A DNA stretch of 64,000 nucleotides from Flectonema sp. DT1601. Lineage: Eukaryota. Shown here piece by piece: positions 1 to 11,391 of this stretch (within the stretch, counting starts at the first letter, position 1; every line of letters starts with the position of its first letter). A model generated the notes under the pieces. The model was not told the DNA's origin, did not search any database, and saw only the letters and a program-made list of their open reading frames with translations. The stretch covers positions 434,001 through 498,000 of the forward strand of contig OZ025803.1 in the NCBI GenBank assembly GCA_964019425.1, read 5' to 3'. The position numbers were made by a program, and so were the translations under genes.

Positions 1-1
1 T

Positions 2-2521
2 CGGTTTGGAAGAACTAGCAGGGAGCCATTTATAAGCGAGTGCGAGAACACGCTTACCTTCAGCCATGTGAGAAACGAATGATTTTTTATACCAAGTTGG
101 GATATCTTTTGGGTTCAAAAGATTTAAAACTGCTTCAGGTGATCCTTTCACGAGAACACAATTCTTCTGCTCTGCCTGCTGACATCCCGAAATCTCAGCG
201 ACGACACTCATTCTCTGCAACTGACTGCTGAAGTGGAATCTGTGTTTTATCGTGACAGCAAGCTTGTCTGTCTTCGCCTTTTCTCTGGAAATCTTCGCCT
301 CCTTTTGCATTTCTTCAATCTTCTGCGTAAGCTCCTTAAATCTCTTTGTGGTTGCTTTGTAAGCTTTAATTTCCTTCTCTGCATCAGCGATACTTTTCTC
401 TTTTTGCTCCCAGTTCCCTCTGCGGGCAGTTTGTTCTTTAGCATCGTAGCGCCAGTCAACACCACGGAGAGCTGCAACTTCGATAGGGTCACCAACAATC
501 TTGTCACCAGAGCTGCCATCTAATGCTACCAGAGAATGGCACCCTCCAAGAATAATTGAAGACATCTCTGATGCATCACACATTGGAGTGAGAGACATTG
601 CTTTCTCAGCAGTCATTTTAGATTCATTGTTAACGACACCTGATGGTACTAATGTGTCTGTTGTAAGAGTTCCAGTTTTATCAAACAGAGCGTGAGTAAT
701 CTTACCAGCGTATGGGACTCTAAACGGTTCAGTACACATGATTCCAGCCTTAGCCATCGCCATCAGCGCCGTATTGACAGCGAGTGCCATTTGCATTGGA
801 AGTTGTCTTGGTACCACACTACTGATAATGATTCCTGACTTGATAAGAAGCTCGTGAGTAGTACGATCACCCTTCTGTTGTCCTTTGTTAAACACGTGTA
901 CAGCTGCAGCAATCGCAAAGCAGAGCAACAGTAGAAGTGCTAACATCGTTTCCTTTGAGTCACCAGACACACCTTCAGTACTAAATTCAATAAGTTGCAT
1001 TAAAGATCCTTGACTAGATCCAAATCCGGTTCTGAGAACGATGCAAATCGCGCCATCATTTGGTGGCCTTGTCATGCTCTTTGGAAGGGTTGGTGCAGAT
1101 TTAGCGTTTAGGAGATTAGTGCCGCTGTACAAAGTGTGGATACGATGCTTTCCTTCAATGTTTAACATCTCTGAACCTTCTCCTGTTAATGGAACCGCGT
1201 CTTTCATTGCGGGTGTTGACTCTCCAGTGAGAGATGCTTCATTCACAACAGCAGATCCATAAACTAAAAGACAGTCGCAAGGAACGCAATCGCTGATGTC
1301 ATTGCTGGTCGGTGGCTTCGCATCTTTCGGATCTTTCTTGACAGCCGTAAACATATTTACAGAAATAACATCACCAGGAACTAATCCTTGAGAGTTGATT
1401 TCCAACCACTTTCCATTTCTTAGGACGTGTACAGGAGATGGTTTGATTGACATCTTCGTCAACTGTCCGAGAGTCTTGAGTCTCTGGAAAGCTGTTCCAC
1501 CTTCCAACATCATTATCATAAAGAACGTGAAGAAAGTAAACTGCCAATATCCATCAAGCATCCAAAGGACTGAGCAGAATATTTGAAAGACAGGTATTGG
1601 AGATATCATTTGTGATCTCCACATTGTGAAGATTGTTGGCGGAACGATCTGCAGCCGATTCTCTCCAAAAATTAGAAGCAAGTCAGAAACATCTTTATCA
1701 GATAATCCATTCTCTTTCTTGAGGTAAGTATCAATTGAACTGGTTACTGAAGCAGCCACAGGAACAACACATCCATTTCCTGTCGTACCAGTAACCTCAC
1801 AAGTCGGTTCTTCATCTTCCGCGAGGTAGCAATACTTTCTTCTTTGAAATTCAAACACCAGCTGTCCTGTTACTTTACTTCTTGCTAATGAAGAGATTCC
1901 AGGTTTCCCATGATGCTTCAACGTGTCGATTAATATTTCAGTTCCTACTTCAATAATGGTAGCTGGCTTGTAAAGCATCGTAGTACGGAAGTTGAGGTCC
2001 CAGTGACACATCAGATGAAATAAAATATGAAATGTGATGACGAAGAAGATCATCGTTGCGGCACCAGCTGATGGGAGGGACTCAGATGGGAGGGACTTGT
2101 TGAGCTTTGCTTCCATCGTGTAGTTGGTGACTGGTTTGTCGGGGTCTTGATCGAGGCTGGCGTCAGATTCGTCTTCTCCATCAGTTGGGAAGTCGTCGTC
2201 AATTTTTGGATCTTCAATTTGATCAGATGGATCTGAGTAGTCTTCGTCTTCTTCATCAATTGAGTCGATGTCACCAATCTCGTCATGATCTTCAACCCAT
2301 TCTACTTTCTTAGGAGTCTTCGCTTCTTCTAATGCGACCGAATCGTGAATCTTTCTCGCCTCCTCGACAGCCATTGCGTAAGGGTCTCCCATAGTTACGT
2401 AACCCCAGACACCAGCCGTCAAGTACAACAGTACAGTCATTCCGAGTAACATCATCTTCTTCATCGGATCCGCAACGTGGGCGGTACATCTTTTCAAATT
2501 CGGTGGGTGACGCACGTCCAT
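2..2521 (-). CDS. P5A-type (Spf1/ATP13A1-like) P-type ATPase, 5' part; C-terminus lies outside the window
   Basis: Manual minus-strand translation from ATG at 2521 (MDVRHPPNLK...) of the start, end and motif regions, all in one frame. Contains VNEASLTGES (A domain), VLRTGFGSSQG, VVPRQLPMQMALAVN (TM4), CTEPFRVPYAGK, FDKTGTLT (phosphorylation site, ~661-690) and GKRVLALAYK. Absent from the ORF track because no stop codon is in the window. Confidence 0.92.
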   Translation of the reverse strand, partial: MDVRHPPNLKRCTAHVADPMKKMMLLGMTVLLYLTAGVWGYVTMGDPYAMAVEEARKIHDSVALEEAKTPKKVEWVEDHDEIGDIDSIDEEDEDYSDPSDQIEDPKIDDDFPTDGEDESDASLDQDPDKPVTNYTMEAKLNKSLPSESLPSAGAATMIFFVITFHILFHLMCHWDLNFRTTMLYKPATIIEVGTEILIDTLKHHGKPGISSLARSKVTGQLVFEFQRRKYCYLAEDEEPTCEVTGTTGNGCVVPVAASVTSSIDTYLKKENGLSDKDVSDLLLIFGENRLQIVPPTIFTMWRSQMISPIPVFQIFCSVLWMLDGYWQFTFFTFFMIMMLEGGTAFQRLKTLGQLTKMSIKPSPVHVLRNGKWLEINSQGLVPGDVISVNMFTAVKKDPKDAKPPTSNDISDCVPCDCLLVYGSAVVNEASLTGESTPAMKDAVPLTGEGSEMLNIEGKHRIHTLYSGTNLLNAKSAPTLPKSMTRPPNDGAICIVLRTGFGSSQGSLMQLIEFSTEGVSGDSKETMLALLLLLCFAIAAAVHVFNKGQQKGDRTTHELLIKSGIIISSVVPRQLPMQMALAVNTALMAMAKAGIMCTEPFRVPYAGKITHALFDKTGTLTTDTLVPSGVVNNESKMTAEKAMSLTPMCDASEMSSIILGGCHSLVALDGSSGDKIVGDPIEVAALRGVDWRYDAKEQTARRGNWEQKEKSIADAEKEIKAYKATTKRFKELTQKIEEMQKEAKISREKAKTDKLAVTIKHRFHFSSQLQRMSVVAEISGCQQAEQKNCVLVKGSPEAVLNLLNPKDIPTWYKKSFVSHMAEGKRVLALAYKWLPASSSKP

Positions 2522-3127
2522 CGAAAACCTTCCTATCTAATGAGTTCTGAGAGAAGAAAAAATATTATTTAAATATTAATTAATAAAAATAAAAAAAAAC
2601 AATGATAGAGAATCTACCATCTACCAACAGCCTCAAATCACAACACGTCTTCTCATAGTTTGACACTACTCAAATCCTAACAACCGAAGAAATTAATGAA
2701 AAAGATAACTATTTTAACACACATGTGCAGATTGAAGCGAAGATAAGTACCACCTAATGGGATGTTTTCGGATGCAAGAAATGTGATCCACAACCACATG
2801 GTGCTCAACGCTACTGATAAATTTGTTCAACAGTATGAATGTAAAGAGATGATGATGCAAAGACTACTCAACGGAGCTGAAATAGTTGAGTTGTCATAGC
2901 AAACAAAAAGATAACGAAACGAAGATTAGGAAAAACGAATTTGATACTTCGATTAAACAAGACCAACATCACACGAAGAACCAACCAGCAGCATGACGGA
3001 GCTAATGAGTCAGGCCACTGGTTTGTAACTGAGTGTTTGTTGACTGATGCTAAAGTACACTGAATTCAAAAATAAGACATCACAAATATATCGACACAGC
3101 AATTAATTATTTATACCGCCAACTACT

Positions 3128-6100
3128 TCAGAGCGTAATATTTGGTGCTGCGTGCGCGTGAGTATGAGACAGCCTCCATGCGTTCTCAGTAACGCCTTCG
3201 TAGTTAGGCTGTTTTGTTGTTATTTATGTGATTGCAGTCAGAAAAAAACTAACTAAAGATAAATGTTACCAAATGAATAAGAAGTTATAACAAACCATTT
3301 CTTGTTGTTCTGTTTGGACGTATTGATAACTGTGATTGTGGTCGCCATCGTGATTTGCGTGAGCGTCCTCAACCCAACTCGGGAATGGGTCCGCAAAAGC
3401 TGCCCACGACTCTTCTGGTTGACCAAACTCTTCGTCCGTTAGAAGACAAGAATCAAGGATTTCTCTCACACTTTGTTCGTCAAGTTGGTATCCAATTATT
3501 ACAATTTCTTGCTGCTTGTCACCGTGTGGTTCCTGCCACAGTTTAGTTCTTTCTAACTCACTTTCAACACCCTCTGGCCATTCATCTTTTGGAATAGATT
3601 TCCACCAATGCTGACCACCATCAAGGGTAAGTAATTTAGCGGCCTGACTCCAAATCCCTACCTGACTGCTTCGTGAAGCAAGCCACGTATATCCTTTTGA
3701 CCTGATAACTGTTGGAAGTCCCTTCGTGTAGAGCTTTTCATGAAGTCTCTTGGGATGGAATGGTCGACGAACACGATAAGTAAAAGAACTGATTCCCATG
3801 TCAGGGTGGATATGCTCAGCATCCAACCACTCTTCGTGTAGTTTGGATTTCTCTTCTGAGTAAAGTCCCGTTTGTATGATTTCCGACATGTCGATGTCGC
3901 AGGTGGTGGTGAATACAATCTTCGCGTAGTTGTTAAACTCTCTCACGAGTGACTCAATCGTCTTGCGATCATTATCGTTGAGGAGGTCGTTTTTATTTAC
4001 GAGAATGATGTCAGCGAATTCTACCTGTTCGATGAGGAGCTTTATAACAGAACGCTGATCGTCTGGAACCATTCCAGTTGAAGCTAACGTATCGTTTGTA
4101 TTGGCCTTCACGTCATTTAAGAAGACTGGTCCATCTACAACAGTGACCATTGTGTCGACTTCAGCAATATCTGATAACTTAGAACCGTTGACATCAAAAG
4201 TAAATGTTTCGGCAACGTGAAGAGGTTCCGATACTCCTGACGACTCGATTATTAAATAATCGAACCTTCCAGCATTCGCTAATGATGCTACTTCTTCTAA
4301 AAGATCCTGACGAAGTGTACAACAGATACAACCAGAAGATAGCTCTACGAGATTCTCTTCTGCCTTTGTAACAGTGACGTTACCCCTGACAAGGGCAGCG
4401 TCGATATTTACTTCCGCCATGTCATTTACGAGAATGGCAATACGAAGTCCCAAATCAGTTCCAATTATTCTTTTCAAAAGTGTCGTCTTTCCGGCTCCTA
4501 ACCATCCAGACAGGACAGTTGTTTTTAGTTTCTGACCGGAAGCAGCAGGAGCTACTATTGTCGTAGTGGTAGCAGCAACACGAGCAGGAGTGCTAGCAGT
4601 TGGTAACACAGTCGAAACAACTTCTGTTGGAACTGATTCAACTACAGGTTTTGAAGGAGTTGGTGTAACAGGTTCAGATTGATGAGATTGTTGTGTTTGG
4701 TTTTCCATTTCTTTTGCACGCAAAGCATATTCTTGAAGAGCTGAAGTAATCGCATGAAGACCCTCAGGAAGTGACAGCCCAGTTAGCGCCCCAGCCTGTG
4801 GTGCGGGATCAGCGTAACTGGCACCATCTCTCTTCACCTCATCAACACCAAAAATACCGCAATTCCATTTCCTCGCTACAATCCCGGCATCAGTTGCTTC
4901 TGAGAGTCTCCTCGCAACGTTCCACAGAGTGCTGTGCCAGTTGTTATAAGTTGAACGAAGTGCGTGGTCTAAAGTAAACCAGTCGTAAGGTGAAAGAGGA
5001 TCAACGGGAATGTCTTTCTTGTCTTTTGAAGCGCCCCCTGGAGGGGAGCGGTTAGCGAAGGCGAAGAAAATAGTTTCAACGCATCCTTGTTTTGGAAACC
5101 TCGTAACAGTTCCAAGATGAGATGCTAATGAGTACTCATCAGGATCAACATCAAGTGCGCTTGCAAGAACTCTCATTGCCGTTGCTTCAGGTGTTTCTTC
5201 ATCAATAGCAACACCAGTTGGGATGGCAAGTTCTTTCCTTCCCAAATGATCCTTCACTCTCGCTAAAGAAATCTTACTTCCTCTTACAAGAACACAACCG
5301 AATGTTTGTTTTACTTCGCTGTTCGATATTCCAGTCTTCATCATCTCAGCAGCTGTCATAGAATCTTGTTCATTAACTAAAATCGACATCTCTTCATCTG
5401 GTCCCAGGGCAACAGCTGCATGAGGTTCATTTGGAATACTGATATATAAAATACCCTTCGAATCTGTTAATACTCTTCCTGTAATGCAGACGGCATTACC
5501 GAGTTTGAAAGCACGAGTTTGCGAAGCGCAGTAGGCAACTCTAACAGACCCGTGTACATCAGCAACTTTTGCCCAACCGCAGCTGGTCTTCGACTTCGGA
5601 AGTTCTGAAGCGATCACACGAGCGCGAAGTCTTTCAATCGTCGCACCCGGTCGGACAGTCCAAATGTGTGACTCTGAACTGTAGAAGTCATCCCGTTCAT
5701 CAGTCCACCATTTTGGTACTTCTGGTCGATCAGTGTCACTACCGATTGCAGCTGCTGCCGTGGGTTGACTCGTAGTTGCAGCTTGTGGTACGACTTCTTG
5801 CTTCTTTTCTTCCTTCGGCTTTGGAGTTTCGACCTCAGCTGTTTTTATCACAGCGGCTGTCGTAGAAGAAGAAGCAGCCTTCCTACTCTTCGGACCACCG
5901 AGTCCCTTCAGAGGTTGGATTACCTGCTCAGTCTGTTTTGTGTACGGAGAGATAGTGAAAAGTATCTCACTCGCGCGGACGTCCGGATCGGTTTCGAGAG
6001 GGGGCAATTCAGGCTTAGTTTCGATAAAACGATTGAAAATAGCATCCACTACGTGTGAAATGGTCGGCCCTGGGGTCACAGATGTCGTGAGGTTAGGAGC

Positions 6101-6619
6101 TAGTGATGACCAGCTGGCAATTTCCTCTTCATTCTCAACAGGTTGGATAAGATGAAGAGCTATTGGGTTCTTCAACTGTGGATCTCTTAGAGTCGGGATT
6201 CCATCAGGTTGAATAATTAATCCTTCTCCAATTAAATCTGACAAAGCTTCTTGTCTAAGCAACTTTGCTATGACATTACAGGCTGATCCAAGTCCGACTA
6301 TTGTCGCATCTCGGGGATTTAATTTTTGAAGTGTTCTACTGATTGGTTTCAGTACCGGTCCTAAACCAGTGCTGGCATTCTCTCTTGGTAGTTCCTTCAT
6401 AAGGTTTATAATGTCTAGGACATACACAGCGCGGTTACCCTTTTCAAGTATTCTAGTAGACAGTGGGATCCATTTCTTTACAGCATCCCCCATCCCACTG
6501 CCTCTCAGAATTATCAGTGGAGACTGCGGAGAGTAAATTGTTTTGTACTCACCATTGCTGACAGCAAAGAGCTTCGCATCAGATGAAAACAACTGCCCCT
6601 TCCTCTCTGCTCTACTCAT
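3128..6619 (-). CDS. Multidomain protein with C-terminal COG0523/CobW-family G3E GTPase (putative Zn metallochaperone); exons 6619-3296 and 3208-3128
   Basis: Walker A LSGWLGAGKTT, GCICC metal motif, ESSG, NKND and CobW_C (FTYRVRRPFHPKRL...RSKG...IVIIG). The ORF-track tail VCYNFLFIW is read-through into an intron. The spliced last exon encodes PNYEGVTENAWRLSHTHAHAAPNITL*. Confidence 0.9.
3209..3295 (-). other. Predicted spliceosomal intron, 87 nt, phase 0
   Basis: ATG|GTTTGT...AATAACAACAAAACAG|CCT; AT-rich; removal extends the frame by 26 aa. Confidence 0.75.
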
Positions 6620-7219
6620 TTTTAACTCTTTTGATCTGTTATGACCTGAATGATAAGTTTAGAGATATTATGTTTTATTTATTTATCTGACAAAGCATAC
6701 CAAGAGTCATATTTGTGTTCACCTTCTCAATTCATTGAAAAGGAGTGAATGTAAGAAAGTCAAAGTAAAAGAGTTAACAACATATTAATATCAACCAGTT
6801 GTATTAATACTACACAAACATTACTGAGTTCTGCCACAGCAGCCTCTGTACAATATCACGCGGATACCTACTCTGACACAGCTTCGCATAGCAACGAAAG
6901 TACCTGCGAAGACTGTGCAGCTGGACCTCAAAAAATATCGGGCGCATGGCACGAAATGAGAGAGGACTCCAGCCCAAGAGTGTGAGGCAGGGAAACAAAA
7001 AGAGAAACCTTACGAGAGGGAAACACCTTTCCCCGAAAAAGGAACAAAAAAAGGCGGTCGAATCCGGTCGAAGAAATTACCAATTCATTATTGAATTCAC
7101 TCAATTCTTACCTACGAACTCTGAAGCGAGAGAGAGAGTGTGTGCGTGTGACAGTGAGTGCTCTTCTGACCTCACCTCACTTCACTTCACTTCATTCATC
7201 GCCAAAGGGAAATTACTAC

Positions 7220-8167
7220 CTACTGACAGTTGTCACCACCCTCGTTACAAGGGAAGTTGACCTCAGTGAAGGTTCCCGGGGTGGCCCAGTTGCAGGTGTC
7301 CTCCACGCAGAGGGACTTTCCGGCTCCTCTCGAGACTCTGAAGTATCCCATCTCTCCCCAGAACTCTCCCCAACTGTTTCTGACGATCCAGTACTTCTGT
7401 CCATTCTCAACACCGTATCCGACAACAGAGATCGCGTGGTCAGCTCCTCCACAAACACCCTCAGCGATACCTCCGTGGTAGCTCAAGATCTGGGTCGCGT
7501 CAACTCCACAGCCGACTGGTCCACGAGTGTAGATCTCCTTCATCATCTCCTCCTCTCCTCTGACAGTTCCGAACTCAGCGACAGTCGCGTTCGGGAATCG
7601 GGTGATCGCAGAGCACTTTCCTCCCATCGAGGTGAAGGTCGAGCAAGTTCTGCACACGTTTTCCGCCTTGCAAGTCAAGTCTACGTCCTTGCAGAATCCC
7701 TCGTCCGACTCCTTCGAGCACGCAAGGTAAGGGTTGCATGTGTCGAAAACAACTCCGTCCTTGTTTCTGTGGATCCACTCGAACGCTCCTCCGATCGATC
7801 CTCCGTGGCACGATCCGGCGTTACCACAGTTCAGAACGTGCTGCACCGCCAAGTTCACGTCGATCCCCTGTGCCTTTCTAGCGATCTTGATTCTGTCTCC
7901 CAGAGCCGACACCGCCGCGTGTGCCCAACAAGATCCGCAGTACTGAGGAATGTGCTGGTTCAGGTTCTTCGTCAAGTAGTTAGTTCCGTTAACGTTCCCC
8001 CAAGTGAACGACTCTGGCACGTCAGCCATCTTCACGTAGTCCTTTGGCTGTGGGCTCACGACGTGTGATCCAGTTAAACCGGCAGCCTGTTCCTGCTCCT
8101 TCGTCCACAAGGAAGAAGGCTTCGCTGATGCGAAGGCGAAGAGCGCGAAAAACATCGATGACTTCAT
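7220..8167 (-). CDS. CTSZ: Cathepsin Z/X-like papain-family cysteine peptidase with signal peptide
   Basis: NQHIPQYCGSCWAH (catalytic Cys with the HIP insertion typical of cathepsin X), DHAISVVGYG, YWIVRNSWG. First ATG at 8167 gives the hydrophobic leader MKSSMFFALFAFASA; the track start at 8221 is a TTG. Confidence 0.93.
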   Translation of the reverse strand: MKSSMFFALFAFASAKPSSLWTKEQEQAAGLTGSHVVSPQPKDYVKMADVPESFTWGNVNGTNYLTKNLNQHIPQYCGSCWAHAAVSALGDRIKIARKAQGIDVNLAVQHVLNCGNAGSCHGGSIGGAFEWIHRNKDGVVFDTCNPYLACSKESDEGFCKDVDLTCKAENVCRTCSTFTSMGGKCSAITRFPNATVAEFGTVRGEEEMMKEIYTRGPVGCGVDATQILSYHGGIAEGVCGGADHAISVVGYGVENGQKYWIVRNSWGEFWGEMGYFRVSRGAGKSLCVEDTCNWATPGTFTEVNFPCNEGGDNCQ

Positions 8168-8811
8168 CGTTTGTATGTTTTGGTAATCGATAACTGAGGT
8201 AGAATTAGGGTAAGCAGACAACGGTGTTCAGCTAACTAACAAAAAAAAAAAAAAAACAACGCAATGAGAAGCACGAGGGAAAACTGTACTTCACAAACGG
8301 CAGGAATGCCAAACAAAAATATGAATTTATGCATCATCGCGGGGGGAAGCTAATGTCGAGGCATCGCAATCTCCCCGGGGGTGGGGTTAGAGCGGAGACT
8401 CTTTTTTTGGTTCCCCCCCTCATATTCCTTATGGGAGGTGTTTGATGGAACGACAATTGAACGTGTTGCGGACTGGCAGCCGGTTACGAGAAAATATATT
8501 CTTCAGGCTGGCTCACTTTCTTCGAAGTACAGACGTACAGCTCATCGAATCAGATTTACCTTTGTGATTGATCTTCTTGACGATAAACTAACTGTACTAA
8601 GATTATATTTTTACAGCGACGTCCTTGTAACTAAACATTCTTTTGACGTGAAACGGGGGAACGGGATAATGTACCAGTTTTTTAGGATGCATTCTGGTCA
8701 AGTTATGTCAACGGATCCGAATGGAAAAACAAACAGGGGGACAGTTGTATAATCCGCAAAAGAAAGTAACAATGTGCAGACATGAGAAAATGTTTTAAGA
8801 AAAGAACGTGT

Positions 8812-9123
8812 TTAGCATTCAGTCTTCACAAGTTTTGCGAGAGCTCCAGACCTGTGTAGAGCGAATGTGTCATCACATCCCCCGATGTGCTTTGATCCGA
8901 TGAAGACGTTTGGAACAGATGTTTGTCCAGTCAACTGCTTTAATTTCTGTTGGATGGCATCTCCGTTTGGCATTCTGTCCAACTGATGAACTTCTGGCTT
9001 AACTCCGAGTTCGTTAGTCATCAAGTTAATAACTCTCGTACAGAACCCACAGTAAGTCTTTGAGAAGATTACAACGTGGGCCTTGCTTCCGACCAAATCT
9101 CTAGCAGCTGAGGCAACAGACAT
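8812..9123 (-). CDS. Dithiol glutaredoxin
   Basis: FSKTYCGFC active site, TGQTSVPNVFI and IGGCDD motifs; 103 aa. Confidence 0.93.
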   Translation of the reverse strand: MSVASAARDLVGSKAHVVIFSKTYCGFCTRVINLMTNELGVKPEVHQLDRMPNGDAIQQKLKQLTGQTSVPNVFIGSKHIGGCDDTFALHRSGALAKLVKTEC

Positions 9124-10085
9124 TTTTGTGACTTAAGAAGTAGTTCTGAAGGGTGAAAGGATTTAAAAACACTTCAAACGGTCCGAATACGTAGCGACAG
9201 ACACCCTCACTCGTCATATCGTAGCAACAAGATGTAAAAGTGTGTTTTTGAAGAAAAGTATTAAACAAAAAACCTATTCGATCCCCACCAGCTGTGTTAA
9301 GGTGCAAACTGCAGGCGGTTTAGTTAAGGGACGAGGAATAGAATGAACAATTAAAAGTTTCTTCTTCTTCTTTTTCTTTTTCTTTTTTTTTTTTTTTGTT
9401 GTTGATCTTTTTTACGAGATCCAATTAGGGGGACTGATTAATAATTTCAGTCAACTGAGTTAAGAAAAAAAATGCAATATCCAAACAAAAAAAAAAAAAA
9501 AAAAAAAAAGAGAAATCAGAGGGGTAAATTAGATGCCGTTGATTTTTTTTTCCTATTCCGGTTTTCTTGTATGTCAGCTACCCACCTTAATGTTAAACGA
9601 CTTGCATGGAATAAGGTAAGGAGGGATCTGGGAGGGTTGAAAAAGTTTTTTAATGTCCTCAACGTACCGTGCAGTTAGACTTATTACGTGCACACAGAAC
9701 AATGGGTATGTCTGTTTTCAATCTGAAATTTTTTTTTTGCACTCCTTTATACTAAAACTCAAAAAAACTGCTGCCATTTATTTGTTGTTGTTATCACTTT
9801 GTGCACGAACAAAGAGTTTCAAGAAAAAAAAAGAAGAAAAAAAAAAAAAAAAAAAACAAGGGAAGTTAAAGGAGCACATAGGAACTCACTCCACTATCAA
9901 CTAGCAATCAGTAATGTATTATTATTATCAGTATTTGATTAAATGTCAGTGTACAGAATTATCAATTTAAAAAAAAAAAAAAAAAGACTGTTAATTTAAG
10001 GGGAGAGCAGATGCATTTATAAGATAATCTTCAATTCAATATAAAACAATTTTTTTTTTTTTTTTTTTTTTTTTTTGGTATGCTT

Positions 10086-11294
10086 TTATGCTTTTGCTTG
10101 GCTGCTCTGCTTGTGGTGAGCCTGTTTTTGTTTATAATATTTGTGATGATGATGATGATGATGATGATAGACTGACACGTTGATATACAATACCTGCGAC
10201 TCTTCAACAATATTCTGTCTCACTCTTCTAAATGTGAATGACAATCTGTTTCCACGAGCACCAACTGGTCGTTTATTTGTTTCCTTAAAACTTAATTTAT
10301 AATCTCGTCTAGCTGATCCAGTTAAGACTAGAAGAGATCTGCGTGGAATTCGAACAGAAATACGCTCTTTAGATGCTATGCGGGGGAGGGGGTCGAGATG
10401 AGCAATGCAATCGGCACTACAAGAAAGGACAGAAACAATTCCATCAAATACGCGAAGATCACTGACGCTGGGTTCGCACCTTTTACGGCGGTGTTCCTGC
10501 ACTGTCAGCTGGTTCTGTTTTGGTATTGTTGTTGTCATGGAAATATTCTAAAAATTATTTAATCCGAACAGCTAAATATTAACATACCGGTGCCCTAACT
10601 AGCGGGAATGAAACATGAGGAATCTCATTAACACACATCATCGCTTCGATTACGTCGAACGGCATGTTTGGCAATCCCTTATCAGGTAGTAACTCAGCAG
10701 CATAATTAACACCCGTATCGATCATTCTAAATCCGAAGTCAGTAATAGTTCTTCCAATACGTTTTGTTCGCTGCTGAGTGCAATGGTGCCATGAAATCAG
10801 TTTTGATTCTTCTTCTTCAGAAAGGAACTCCGTCGCATGGAAGAGACCGTCAATTTCATTTCCATCTGCTGATTCAACAACTCCAAAACTTCCTTCGGAA
10901 CCCGTCGAAGAAGTCTCGTTGTCAGCCCAGTCGAGACTACCCTCTGGTGGAATGTTAGCAATATTATTACTTTCTTGTTGTTCTTTCTTACCCAAGGCTG
11001 CAACAGCAGCCCACGTCTGTGTTTCGCTCCGGCTACTCGAGTCCGAACTGTCGCCACTGCTGCTGGTGCTGTAGGACGAGCTGCTGCTAGCACTTTCATA
11101 ACCTTCATCTCGTTTTTCATGTTCAACACCATTACCGCTGCCGTTGTCATTCTTCTTCCAGCTCTGGCCGTTGGACTGGTTTTGGTCGTTGCGATTTTGC
11201 TTCCTACGCAGCAAGGCCGTGATCTCACCTTTCGTAGAGTCTGGCAGTCGGATCATACCGCGGCGGGGCTGACCAGGTTCGGAGCGCTGCTGCT

Positions 11295-11326
<32 letters not shown>

Positions 11327-11354
11327 TGCTGTTGTTGTTGTTGCTGCTGCTGCA

Positions 11355-11391
<37 letters not shown>

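Noticed and set aside
7108..7219. Possible 3' UTR introns after the cathepsin stop (TAG|GTAGTA...CTTCAG, then TAG|GTAAGA)
   Set aside because: Weak first donor, acceptor does not fit the A-rich class, and no reading frame to test; needs RNA data.
7091..8068. 325-aa plus-strand ORF
   Set aside because: Antisense shadow of the cathepsin Z gene caused by its codon bias; TTG start and no recognisable domain.
8381..8752. 123-aa plus-strand ORF between cathepsin Z and glutaredoxin
   Set aside because: GTG start, opposite to the cluster strand, no motif or acceptor support.
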